Source of the DNA: Desulfatiglandales bacterium
GTDB lineage: Bacteria > Desulfobacterota > DSM-4660 > Desulfatiglandales > Desulfatiglandaceae
DNA: 64,000 nucleotides
Reading direction: 5' to 3'
Assembly (NCBI GenBank): GCA_963662465.1
Contig: OY759599.1
Location: 3,072,001-3,136,000 of the forward strand
The position numbers were made by a program, and so were the translations under genes. The notes below the pieces were generated by a model. It had not been told where the DNA came from and ran no database searches. It saw only the letters and a program-made list of their open reading frames with translations. Below are positions 9,879 to 19,296 of the stretch, piece after piece; position 1 is the first letter of the stretch, and each line of letters starts with the position of its first letter.

Positions 9879-11444
9879 TTGAGCAAACCCAAAACAAAGA
9901 TAACAACCCGAAGGTGGCGTTTGGAAGATATTCCGGAGATCATTGAGTGCAGCAGAGCCACTTACCATGATTATCCGGAGGAATACATATACACCCAACG
10001 TCTGTATGAAATGCAGTTCGCCGCGTTTCCCCAGGGACAGTTTGTGGCCGTCCTCGGCGATAAAATCGTCGGCTACGCCACCAGCATGATTGTCAGCATC
10101 GATGATGATTTCTGGTACGACGTGGACGAACTGACGGGCGCCGGCACGTTCAGCACGCACAACCAGGACGGCGACACCCTTTACGGCGCGGATATCGGCG
10201 TTCATCCGGACTATCAGCGCCGCGGCGTCGCCATGTTGCTGTATAAACGGCGGCTGAGCATTCTGAAACGGTACAATCTGAAACAAATGATTGCCTACGG
10301 AAGGATCCCCGGATACAAAAACCACGCGGGAAAAATGACCGCCGAGCAATATGTGGAAAAGGTGAAGAACGGCGACTTGCGCGATCCTGCCTTGAACACC
10401 CACCTGAAAGCAGGTTTTCAGGTCAAAAAGGTTCAACTGGATATCACCATCGACCGTTCCAGTTTGAATTACTCAACCTTCCTGACCATGCCCAACCCTG
10501 ATTTTGATTTGGCCAAAAAAAAGATATCTTCGGCTGTCTTTCCAAAAATTCAGGCCCGAAGGGTCAGGGTATGCGCCGCCCAATACCAAATGCGGTCCAT
10601 TCAGTCTTTTGAAGACCTTGAACGTTCGGTTGAATTTTTTGTAGATACAGCGGATTCCTATCACTGCCACTTCCTGCTGTTTCCGGAGTATTTCACTTAT
10701 CAGCTGTTAAGTTTCAAGCGCCGGATGTCCATGAAGGAAGCCGCCGTGGAACTGGCCGGTTATGCGGACCAGTATGTGGAAATGTTTAAGCGATTCGCGC
10801 AAAAATATAACATTTATATTGTCGGTGGCTCCCATCCGATACTGAGGGATGGAAAATGTTACAACAGTGCCCACCTGTTCACGCCCACCGGCAATGTTTA
10901 CACCCAGGACAAGCTCCATATTACACCGGCGGAGCGAAATGAAGGTGGAATCGAACCGGGGATGGCCTTACGAATTTTTCACACCCCACTGGCCAGAATT
11001 GCAATCCAGGTATGCTATGATATCGAGTTTCCAGAAGCGTCTCGCCTGCTGACACTTGCCGGAGCGGAAATCCTTTTCGTGCCTTTTTATACCGAAGAAA
11101 AAAAAGCCTACTATCGCGTGAGACATTGCGCCCAGGCCAGGGCTGTTGAAAACTTTATTTACGTGGTCATGACGGGAAGCGTCGGCAACATGCACACCCA
11201 ATCCGGTTCCTTTTTAAACTACAGCCAGGCAGCCATTCTCACCCCCAGTGATTTTTCCTTCCCGGAAAAAGGGATAGAAGGAGAAGCCGACCCCAATGTG
11301 GAAGCGGTTGTCGTATCTGAACTGGCTCTCTCTTCTCTATCACAGCAACGACACGTGGCAACCGTTCGGCCGCTTCATGACATGCGTCCGGATCTTTATG
11401 ACCTCTGTCCGAAAACTAAAATTGAGATTGTTCGCGTCGATTGA
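9879..11444 (+). CDS. GNAT acetyltransferase / carbon-nitrogen hydrolase fusion
   Basis: GNAT VHPDYQRRGVA plus nitrilase triad FPE, QDKLH and VCYD. AAGGAG RBS before a TTG start. Confidence 0.9.
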   Translation: MSKPKTKITTRRWRLEDIPEIIECSRATYHDYPEEYIYTQRLYEMQFAAFPQGQFVAVLGDKIVGYATSMIVSIDDDFWYDVDELTGAGTFSTHNQDGDTLYGADIGVHPDYQRRGVAMLLYKRRLSILKRYNLKQMIAYGRIPGYKNHAGKMTAEQYVEKVKNGDLRDPALNTHLKAGFQVKKVQLDITIDRSSLNYSTFLTMPNPDFDLAKKKISSAVFPKIQARRVRVCAAQYQMRSIQSFEDLERSVEFFVDTADSYHCHFLLFPEYFTYQLLSFKRRMSMKEAAVELAGYADQYVEMFKRFAQKYNIYIVGGSHPILRDGKCYNSAHLFTPTGNVYTQDKLHITPAERNEGGIEPGMALRIFHTPLARIAIQVCYDIEFPEASRLLTLAGAEILFVPFYTEEKKAYYRVRHCAQARAVENFIYVVMTGSVGNMHTQSGSFLNYSQAAILTPSDFSFPEKGIEGEADPNVEAVVVSELALSSLSQQRHVATVRPLHDMRPDLYDLCPKTKIEIVRVD

Positions 11445-11609
11445 ACCGAACCCATAATGGACCAATGAAAGGTTGATGTTGCTTGACCCCCATAACGCCA
11501 TGTATTACAATATATTTTTTTAGGTGGCATACGGAAACTCTACATCGCCCCCGCTTATGACGACTGTTATAGGATTCATAAATTCTGCAATATTTTTAAT
11601 GGTGAAAAG

Positions 11610-11897
11610 ATGAAAAAAAAATTTGATGGTCAAAAATCGGGAAAATTAGGGACTGAAAAAAAGCCCGCCGTTGTCAGGGTACAAACGGAAGAAAGATTGA
11701 AAGAAATCGCATCCATGTTTGAAAAAAATGGTTGGCAGTTTGTAGCTGGGATAGAACCCGATAAACCGGAAGATATTACCGATTTGGAAATATTATTGCA
11801 TCCACAAGAACCAAAGATCGCCGAAAAAAAAGTTGGCCGCAATGAACCCTGCCCATGTGGAAGCGGGAAAAAATACAAAAAATGCTGTGGCAAATAA
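11610..11897 (+). CDS. SEC-C motif protein
   Basis: [21 protein letters not shown] at the C-terminus. Confidence 0.88.
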   Translation: MKKKFDGQKSGKLGTEKKPAVVRVQTEERLKEIASMFEKNGWQFVAGIEPDKPEDITDLEILLHPQEPKIAEKKVGRNEPCPCGSGKKYKKCCGK

Positions 11898-12016
11898 GGC
11901 TTTTTTGCATTTCAATAAGGAGAATCATATTCGTGGATTTCAGTAAATGCCATGGCCTTAATCTATCTAAAATAGACCTCAATAACATAGAATGGCCCAA
12001 GTTTCGTATCCCTAAA

Positions 12017-13390
12017 ATGGGATGGCCTCGAATATCTAAATTGAGGATCGGCGACATTGTCGCAAAGCTGCCGATCGTGCAGGGCGGCATGGGGGTTGGC
12101 ATATCGCTTTCAGGCTTGGCCTCGGCGGTCGCCAATGAAGGGGGCATAGGGGTTATCGCCGCCAACTCCATAGGGATGCTCAACCCTGATTATTACGCGA
12201 AAAACAGTGACGCCAATGCCATCGCCCTGAGAAGGGAGATCAGAAAGACGAGAGCGAAAACCACCGGCATTTTCGGCGTCAACATCATGGTGGCCGTCAA
12301 CGATTTTCAATCCCTTTTAAGGGTCGCAATCGAGGAAAAGGTGGATTTGGCATTCCTCGGAGCGGGACTCCCCATAAAGGGGATTCCGGTTGAAGATCTC
12401 AGATCGGCGGGGGTCAAGGTGGTCCCTATCGTGAGTTCCGCAAGGGCGGCAAGCCTTATCTTCAAATCCTGGGTGAAAAGATACGCGGATATCCCCGACG
12501 CGGTCGTTGTGGAAGGACCAAAAGCAGGCGGTCACCTGGGATTTAAAGAGAATCAGATCGACAATCCCAATTTCGCCCTTGAAAACATCCTGCCCGAGGT
12601 CGTTGCCGAGATAAAGAAATACGAGGATGAGTGGCACAGGGTCATTCCCGTCATCGCCGCGGGAGGCATTTATACAGGCGCTGACATGCACAAACTCTTC
12701 AAGCTGGGCGCAAGGGCCGTCCAATTGGGGACCAGGTTCGTGGCAACACATGAATGCGACGCGAATATCAGGTTTAAGGAGTCCTATATCTCGTGCGGGA
12801 AGGATGACATAAAAATCATCAAGACGCCGGTGGGCATGCCCGGCAGGGCCATCGGAAACCGTTTTCTGACGGACGTGGCGTCAGGCAAGAACCAATCCCA
12901 CAAATGTGCCTGGCGGTGCCTTAAGAGCTGCGACATAAAGACCGCCCCCTACTGTCTCTCCCTGGCGCTCAATAATGCCAGAAAGGGGATGCTGGATAAG
13001 GGTTTTGCCTTTGCCGGAAGCAATGCCTACAGGGTCGATAAGATCGTATCGGTAAAGGAACTGATCAAGGAACTCAAGGCGCAATACCTCTGCGCCAGGG
13101 AGAACAGCATCAGCTGCCTGCGTGGTGAATACGAAAAAACCCTTGAAAGGCTCAGCTCCTTTAAGGAAGCCTACCTGATTGGGTTGAAAGTGGGTCTAAA
13201 TTCACTCAGGGATGAATATGAAAGGGGCATGGAAAGGGGGGGGGCGTTTCGCGAAGAGCTTTTGACGAAGATGGATCAAATGACTTCCTTAAAAAATGAA
13301 TACCGCAATGCCCTTGAAAAAGCGTACCTGCTCAAACAAGAGCTTATGGCGTTTTTTTCGGTCGGGCGCCCGGCCAATCTAACCGCCTAA
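12017..13390 (+). CDS. Nitronate monooxygenase (FabK/NMO) family protein with C-terminal helical extension
   Basis: PIVQGGMGVG, VVEGPKAGGHLG, IAAGG and QLGTRF. Start position uncertain. Confidence 0.85.
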   Translation: MGWPRISKLRIGDIVAKLPIVQGGMGVGISLSGLASAVANEGGIGVIAANSIGMLNPDYYAKNSDANAIALRREIRKTRAKTTGIFGVNIMVAVNDFQSLLRVAIEEKVDLAFLGAGLPIKGIPVEDLRSAGVKVVPIVSSARAASLIFKSWVKRYADIPDAVVVEGPKAGGHLGFKENQIDNPNFALENILPEVVAEIKKYEDEWHRVIPVIAAGGIYTGADMHKLFKLGARAVQLGTRFVATHECDANIRFKESYISCGKDDIKIIKTPVGMPGRAIGNRFLTDVASGKNQSHKCAWRCLKSCDIKTAPYCLSLALNNARKGMLDKGFAFAGSNAYRVDKIVSVKELIKELKAQYLCARENSISCLRGEYEKTLERLSSFKEAYLIGLKVGLNSLRDEYERGMERGGAFREELLTKMDQMTSLKNEYRNALEKAYLLKQELMAFFSVGRPANLTA

Positions 13391-13440
13391 GCGGACCCAT
13401 CCCATGATAGAGAATACGATAACTCCAACAGGTAGGTTTG

Positions 13441-14880
13441 ATGGAAATATCCGGTCTTATAGCGGCGGTTAAAAAGGAAGTCGAGACTTACGAAGTCCCG
13501 GTGGTCGATCTGATTGCCACACAGACAAAGGACCCCTTCAAGATTCTTGTGGCAACAATACTGTCTGCCAGGACCCAGGATAAAACCACCGCAGAGGCCT
13601 CCGCAAGGCTCTTCAAAAAGGCCCAGGACCCGCTCTCCCTGCAAAAACTTTCCGAAGAGGAAATCCGCGGCCTGATCTACCCGGTTGGATTTTACAAGAG
13701 TAAGGCGGGCTATCTTGCTAAACTCCCCCGGGCCCTTGAAGCGTTTTCGGGGAGGATCCCGGATGATATTGAATCCCTGGTAAAACTCCCCGGAGTTGGC
13801 CGCAAGACCGCCAATCTGGTGCGAAGCGTGGCCTTCGGTAAACCGGCCATATGCGTTGACACCCACGTCCACCGGATCATGAATATTTGGGGGTATGTGA
13901 AAACCAAAACCCCCCTTCAAACCGAAATGGCCCTGCGAAAAAAGCTCCCTGAAAAACACTGGATGGAAATCAACGCTATTTTGGTTGCCTTTGGCCAGGG
14001 AACCTGCAGACCCATATCGCCCCACTGCGACCGGTGCGTCATAGAATCCGCCTGTCCGAAAATCGGCGTGACCCCACGTAAAATCAAACCCCATAAAAAC
14101 AAAACCCGAATCCAGGGCGCCAAAACAATGATTTCCTGGAATGTCAATGGTATTCGGGCCGTGGAAAAAAAAGGGTTTGTGGATCTGGTCAAAGCGTTGT
14201 CGCCGGATATCTTTGCAGTCCAGGAAACCAAGGCCCATCCGGATCAGCTGTCAAAAGACCTGCACGAAATCGACGGCTACACCTCCTACTGGCACAGCGC
14301 GGTCCGCAAAGGATATTCAGGCGTGGGCGTATACACCCAGTCAGAACCCCTTGAGATCATCTACGGGCTTGGCGACAAGCAATTCGACAGCGAGGGACGG
14401 GTCCTCTCACTTGAATTTGAAGACTTCTACCTGATCAATGCCTATTTCCCAAACGCCCAGCATGGGCTTAAAAGACTCGACTACAAGCTTGCCTTCAACA
14501 AGGCCCTTCACGATTTTGCAACGTCATTGGCAAAGAAAAAATCCATCGTCGTCTGTGGTGATTTCAATGTGGCCCACAAGGCCATTGATTTAAAAAATCC
14601 CGAATCCAACGTAATGAATCCCGGTTATTCCCCTGAAGAGCGTGCATGGATGGATCGTTTCACCCAAGCCGGTTTTATCGATACCTTCAGGAAATTCGAC
14701 CCTGAACCCGAAAATTATACATGGTGGAGTTATCGCTTCAATGCCAGGGCCAGAAACATCGGCTGGCGTATTGATTATTTCTGCGTAGACCCGGGAAGCG
14801 ACAACAGGGTTGTGGGCGCCGCAATACTCAAAGACACACCTGGATCGGACCACTGTCCTATTCAGCTGGATTTCAAATAG
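13441..14880 (+). CDS. nth-xth: Endonuclease III - exodeoxyribonuclease III fusion
   Basis: Nth: LPGVGRKTA, VDTHV and C-x6-C-x2-C-x5-C. Xth: SWNVNG, QETK, GDFN, WRIDY and SDHCP. Single ORF. Confidence 0.93.
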   Translation: MEISGLIAAVKKEVETYEVPVVDLIATQTKDPFKILVATILSARTQDKTTAEASARLFKKAQDPLSLQKLSEEEIRGLIYPVGFYKSKAGYLAKLPRALEAFSGRIPDDIESLVKLPGVGRKTANLVRSVAFGKPAICVDTHVHRIMNIWGYVKTKTPLQTEMALRKKLPEKHWMEINAILVAFGQGTCRPISPHCDRCVIESACPKIGVTPRKIKPHKNKTRIQGAKTMISWNVNGIRAVEKKGFVDLVKALSPDIFAVQETKAHPDQLSKDLHEIDGYTSYWHSAVRKGYSGVGVYTQSEPLEIIYGLGDKQFDSEGRVLSLEFEDFYLINAYFPNAQHGLKRLDYKLAFNKALHDFATSLAKKKSIVVCGDFNVAHKAIDLKNPESNVMNPGYSPEERAWMDRFTQAGFIDTFRKFDPEPENYTWWSYRFNARARNIGWRIDYFCVDPGSDNRVVGAAILKDTPGSDHCPIQLDFK

Positions 14881-14895
14881 ACCGGAAAGGCACGG

Positions 14896-14910
14896 TTTTT
14901 AAACAGGCTC
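14896..14910 (-). repeat. IS/MITE-like terminal repeat (right copy)
   Basis: TTTTTAAACAGGCTC followed by TAA. Confidence 0.6.
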
Positions 14911-17519
14911 TAAACGCTTTCCGAATTCTTGACAGCGCCCACGGCTTCCGCATGGCGCGTTGAAAAAACCTCCCCTGCCCTGGCCTTGGCCGCTTTCCGC
15001 TCCATCCTGTGCGCCTCGTCAGACGCTTCCCGAGCCGCTTCCACAGCCACCTCGATCTTCATCATTTCTTCCCGGTCAACCCCCGGCTGCGCAGCCGCCA
15101 TGGTCTCGCTCAACCGGATTTCGGCCTCTTGCGCTTTCTCCCGGGCCTGGGCCGCTGCCTTTTCCGCCTGTTCAGCCTTGTTTTCGGCATCCGTAAGGGC
15201 ATCCAGAGCGGCGGCCACCTCCCCATGTTTTCCCTCTTCCGGCTCCGCATCCAGGTCGATATCCTCGGCCGCCAACACCAGGGCAACCATCATCCCCCGC
15301 TCGGCCAGGCTGTCGATATCCGTATTGTAGGCCCCGATAATTTGCCCGCTCCCAATGCGAAAGGGCATTAATACCAGGGTCGCTTCCCCGGAGTTTGAGG
15401 CAATGGATACCTCGTCCGGATCCATGACCACCTGGGGATACGCATCTATTCGAATGTCATCCAGCATCCGACCAAGACTTTCCTTGAGGGTTGCAAGATC
15501 CTTTTCCGGTCCCGAGGCGGCAGCCATCAGGCAGATCCGGGCGTCTTCCCATGCGGGGTTCCGCGTCATGAGGTGGGCCAGCAGAAGCATCAACCGTCCG
15601 CTTCGATCATCCCGCCACCATAGGTCGATACGCCGATTAGAAGGAGGAACCGTTTCCAGCTTTGCCCAGGCCTCCGGCGGGGCCACCAGCAAAAGGATAT
15701 TGCATCCCAATCGAAAGGCCGCCTTGATATTGTTGGCATAGGCGGTTTTTCGAATGCCTAAAATCCCTTTCCGAAGGGACCCGGACCAGTTGAAAAGGGC
15801 CATATTGGCCTTTAAGGGGCCCACGCCGAAAGATTGAATCAGGGTCGGAAGACTCTCTTGAAGGTTTTGGGCCGTCACCACCAGCGGGAAAGCTTTGGAG
15901 CGATTTTCGGCAATGTCTTTTTCAAGTTCCCCCCTTGCCACTTCCCCCATACGCGCCGTCTTCATTGCGTCCCCTTCCAGCATACGCACCGCCGTGACCA
16001 GACCGCTTCCCCCATGAATCCATGAGGCAAAAGTCAACAGGGACTTTCGCCGCTCCGCATGGTTTGAAAACACCAGCATCTGGGGACGCCAGTCCCGGGG
16101 ATGCTCCGTTTCCGCGGATGCCGCCAGTAGATGCTCCCGAACCTGCTGAAGATGATGGGATCGGCGGCTGTCCGCCCATCGGGACGGCCCGCCGGTTCGT
16201 TTCAAGTATTGAAATATCGCAAACAGAACCGCCACCGCCGCAATTCCAGCGGTAAAATCGATGGCCAGCATAACCCCCAGACAGGCCATGGCGCCGACCA
16301 GACTGAGACGGGGGTGAAACCACCGAAATCGGGGACGAAAAGAGGGACTGGCCGATCGTGCTTCAAAAAAAGTGGCATAATTCAAAAGGCCGTAGCTGAT
16401 GAGAAAAAACATGCTCACCACGGGAGCGATGACGTTCAGGTTGCCCAGGGCAATGGTAGCAAAAGCAATGCCGGTACTCAAAAGAACGCCCCGACGGGGA
16501 TTGTTATTGGGGCCGGCGCCTTTTGAAAAGGGCAGGAGAAATGGAAAAATACGGTCGGAAGCCAGGGATTGAAGGATGCGGGGCGCCCCCAGAAAGGAAG
16601 CCATGGCCGATGAGAGGGTGGCCGCGATAACGCCCGCGTCAATGAGAAAGGCAAAATGGGCCGCTTTGGCCATGGCCCCATAGTCCCCCGCCAGAATCCC
16701 CTGGGGCAGAGCCCCCGCAAACACCAGGGCCACCCCGAAATAGACCAGGATGGAGATCCCCACTGCCATAAAGGTGCCCATGGGCAGGCTCTTCCCGGGA
16801 TCCTTCAGGTCCCCGGACATACTGACCCCTTGGGTGAATCCGGTCACCGCGGGGAAAAAGATGGCAAACAACGCCCAGAAAGGAAGGCCCGACGAGGGTC
16901 TCTGCCAGCTTTCGGAAAAAACAGCGGAGTCCCACAAGGACAGCCCTCCCCAAAAAAAAGAGACCAGGGCCGCAGAGATCAGGATCATAACCCCGTATTG
17001 AAACCGGGTGGCCCAGTCGGCGCCCAGCCAGGCCAGGACGAAAAGGAGGGAAACGGCAATCCCCGCAATCATCCGCGTGGACAGCCAGGGGACGCCGGCC
17101 AGGATGTCGGCCATGGCTTCCCCGAAGCCCATGCAATAAAATGCAATGGAAACGGATTGGGCCAGAAACAACACAATGCCGATGGCCCCGCCGAACTCCA
17201 CGCCCAGGGTTCGGGAAATCAGGTAATAGTCCCCGCCGCCTTTCACCTTGAGATTGGTGGAGATGGCCGCTAAAGAGATACTGGTCAACACTGAAATGGC
17301 GTTGGCCAGGCCGATCATCATCAAGGCCCGGGTCAAACCCGCGTTCCCCACCACATAGCCCAGTCGAAGGAACAGGATTATCCCTAGAATGGTCAATACA
17401 CTGGGGGTAAACACACCGGCGAATGTTCCCAGTTTACCGGTTGAAGATTCGGACGTCAGATTCGGGAGCGTGTTTTGTTTCACGAATTGTTCTCGGGGAG
17501 GAATTCTATTCACCGACAT
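14910..17519 (-). CDS. Cation-chloride cotransporter (SLC12-like, APC superfamily)
   Basis: LGTFAGVFTP..ILGIILFLR, GGGDYYLISRTLG, FFPAVTG and DWRPQ motifs, with an Ala/Glu-rich tail. Confidence 0.88.
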   Translation of the reverse strand: MSVNRIPPREQFVKQNTLPNLTSESSTGKLGTFAGVFTPSVLTILGIILFLRLGYVVGNAGLTRALMMIGLANAISVLTSISLAAISTNLKVKGGGDYYLISRTLGVEFGGAIGIVLFLAQSVSIAFYCMGFGEAMADILAGVPWLSTRMIAGIAVSLLFVLAWLGADWATRFQYGVMILISAALVSFFWGGLSLWDSAVFSESWQRPSSGLPFWALFAIFFPAVTGFTQGVSMSGDLKDPGKSLPMGTFMAVGISILVYFGVALVFAGALPQGILAGDYGAMAKAAHFAFLIDAGVIAATLSSAMASFLGAPRILQSLASDRIFPFLLPFSKGAGPNNNPRRGVLLSTGIAFATIALGNLNVIAPVVSMFFLISYGLLNYATFFEARSASPSFRPRFRWFHPRLSLVGAMACLGVMLAIDFTAGIAAVAVLFAIFQYLKRTGGPSRWADSRRSHHLQQVREHLLAASAETEHPRDWRPQMLVFSNHAERRKSLLTFASWIHGGSGLVTAVRMLEGDAMKTARMGEVARGELEKDIAENRSKAFPLVVTAQNLQESLPTLIQSFGVGPLKANMALFNWSGSLRKGILGIRKTAYANNIKAAFRLGCNILLLVAPPEAWAKLETVPPSNRRIDLWWRDDRSGRLMLLLAHLMTRNPAWEDARICLMAAASGPEKDLATLKESLGRMLDDIRIDAYPQVVMDPDEVSIASNSGEATLVLMPFRIGSGQIIGAYNTDIDSLAERGMMVALVLAAEDIDLDAEPEEGKHGEVAAALDALTDAENKAEQAEKAAAQAREKAQEAEIRLSETMAAAQPGVDREEMMKIEVAVEAAREASDEAHRMERKAAKARAGEVFSTRHAEAVGAVKNSESV

Positions 17520-18052
17520 CTCCCCCTTCCGCCTCTTCCCATGCCTTTGCCCCTCCCCATCCCTTTTCCTCTCCCCATACCTCGGCTTTGCCTTTGCCCG
17601 CCGGTCGGCTCAAATGGCGTCGTCCGGGTGCGCATGGGCTCATTTGAAGTCCCTTTCGCCGCGTTTAAGCTGTCCAGGGCTTTGGAAAGGAAAGTCCACA
17701 AACTCGAAAAGAAATTGGCTTTGGGCTGGATTTCCACATTGGGTTTTGGGGCTTTCTTTGTTTCCGTTTTCGCTCGGCCGGCCGAATAAAACACCTCTGC
17801 CTCCGGCTGTTCACGAGGTTTTTTTTGCACTGTGGGCGGTGTTTTTGGCCGGGAGGACAAAAAAGAGCTGAGTTCCTCATAGGAAAGGTTGATTTCTTTC
17901 AATTTTTCTTCCGCTTTCTTCTTCAGCCTGGGATTATCGCCCACACGATCCGGGTGCCAGATATTGACCAGATCCTTATAGGCTTGGCGTACGTCTTCAA
18001 TAGAAGCGTCTTTTGGAAGCTCAAGGGTTTCAAAACATCGCTGTATTTCCAT
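17510..18052 (-). CDS. J-domain protein with a Gly/Arg-rich tail
   Basis: WHPD motif and C-terminal (GMGRGK)n repeats. Confidence 0.85.
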   Translation of the reverse strand: MEIQRCFETLELPKDASIEDVRQAYKDLVNIWHPDRVGDNPRLKKKAEEKLKEINLSYEELSSFLSSRPKTPPTVQKKPREQPEAEVFYSAGRAKTETKKAPKPNVEIQPKANFFSSLWTFLSKALDSLNAAKGTSNEPMRTRTTPFEPTGGQRQSRGMGRGKGMGRGKGMGRGGRGRCR

Positions 18053-18294
18053 TTTAATAGTCCTATTTTTTGTGTGAACAGATTATTCAAAATTGCAGGA
18101 TTTTTTCAAGATAACGGATCATACGCCAAAACGCCTCACTGTCAAAGAGATTTCAAAGCATCATATACGATGATAGAAACGATTTGACAGAAAATTACAA
18201 AAAAAATAACTTCCGATTTTAGATTTTACGATGGGATCTTAAAATCCCATACAATTTTTTTGCGCTATTCAGAAAAGACACCGGTACACGTATT

Positions 18295-18847
18295 GGGCTT
18301 GGTCCTAACTTCGCCCACTATCTGCTTCAGCCCGGGTGAGAATCAAGACTGTTGGAGAGTCCCTCGATTCCATTGCTCTCGGGAACGAAGGAAAAATGTG
18401 CGAATGAATTCGCACCTACATCCCGAGACCAGTGATGCACCGTTGTAGGTGCGACTTTAGTCGCACAACAAATGTGGCCACTTGCGACCAAACCACCGAC
18501 ACTCTGAAGCAGTTGACAGCCTAATTCTCCAACAGCCGTGATTTACACCCCTTCAGCCCTGAAAGGGCACTACATATTAGTCCAGGGCAACGCCCTGGGT
18601 GAGGATTCAACAACAATATGAGCCCTGAAAGGACGTTACATAAATTTAACCAGCCTATATCCTAATTCTTATAATGTCACGCCAGGGCTCAACATGTGCA
18701 ACCTGCCCCCAGAGCGTTGCCCTAGGCTGGTATGTTACGGCCTTTCAGGCCTAAAATATACACAATCTTCCCATCGATTTGAAATATCCCGCACTTTCTC
18801 AACCTGAACTTTCTTTAGTCCAAACGGGCAAGGTTAGGACCAAGCCC
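18295..18847. mobile_element. MITE-like element with 22-bp terminal inverted repeats and nested repeats
   Basis: GGGCTTGGTCCTAACTTCGCCC and GGGCAAGGTTAGGACCAAGCCC match at 20/22. Inner inverted repeats at 18347-18537 and 18555-18752, and a GTAG hairpin at 18445-18466. Confidence 0.6.
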
Positions 18848-19068
18848 GTCATTGGGCTCAAATCCGGAACACCTTACGGAACAGGGTGTTACCGGTGCTC
18901 TGAAAGGGGCTGTTTTTTCGTCTCTTGTGGTAATCATACTTAATCGTATGGTACCGCAAGCAGCTTGCCAACACGCCAAAGAATATTGGAAGTGTGAAAT
19001 CTTCTTTTAATAACAGCATATTATATTAATGAATGAGAGCAGCGGAAAAATATTGAAAGATTCGTTTG

Positions 19069-19217
19069 ACCTCCATATATGGAGGTTCCACCAAATATTG
19101 AGGGCAGGCGATTTGTTCAACCTTGCAACGATTTCTCTTTATTTAACCTAATAATTTGTTCTTAAAGGATAATTTCAAATCCGTCACTTTTTTTTGATTC
19201 TTGGCAGGATAGTTGCA
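19069..19217 (+). promoter_or_regulatory. sigma54 promoter with an upstream palindrome
   Basis: TGGCAGGATAGTTGCA (GG-N10-GC) at 19202-19217 and a perfect palindrome ACCTCCATATATGGAGGT at 19069-19086. Confidence 0.7.
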
Positions 19218-19296
19218 TGTAATATTAAGGTGAAGGCAAGTTGTATTTTTTTCATCGACCCTATTTGCATAAACACTCAAAGAGGAGATTAAAGGC

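Noticed and set aside
11855..12016. Extended N-termini in the ORF track (also 5613-5702, 21397-21501, 42306-42398, 50579-50617)
   Set aside because: They overlap neighbours or lack an RBS. Downstream starts fit the family boundaries better.
18302..18840. Integron attC formed by GTCCTAAC..GTTAGGAC
   Set aside because: The span of over 500 bp is far too long. It is better read as MITE-like inverted repeats.
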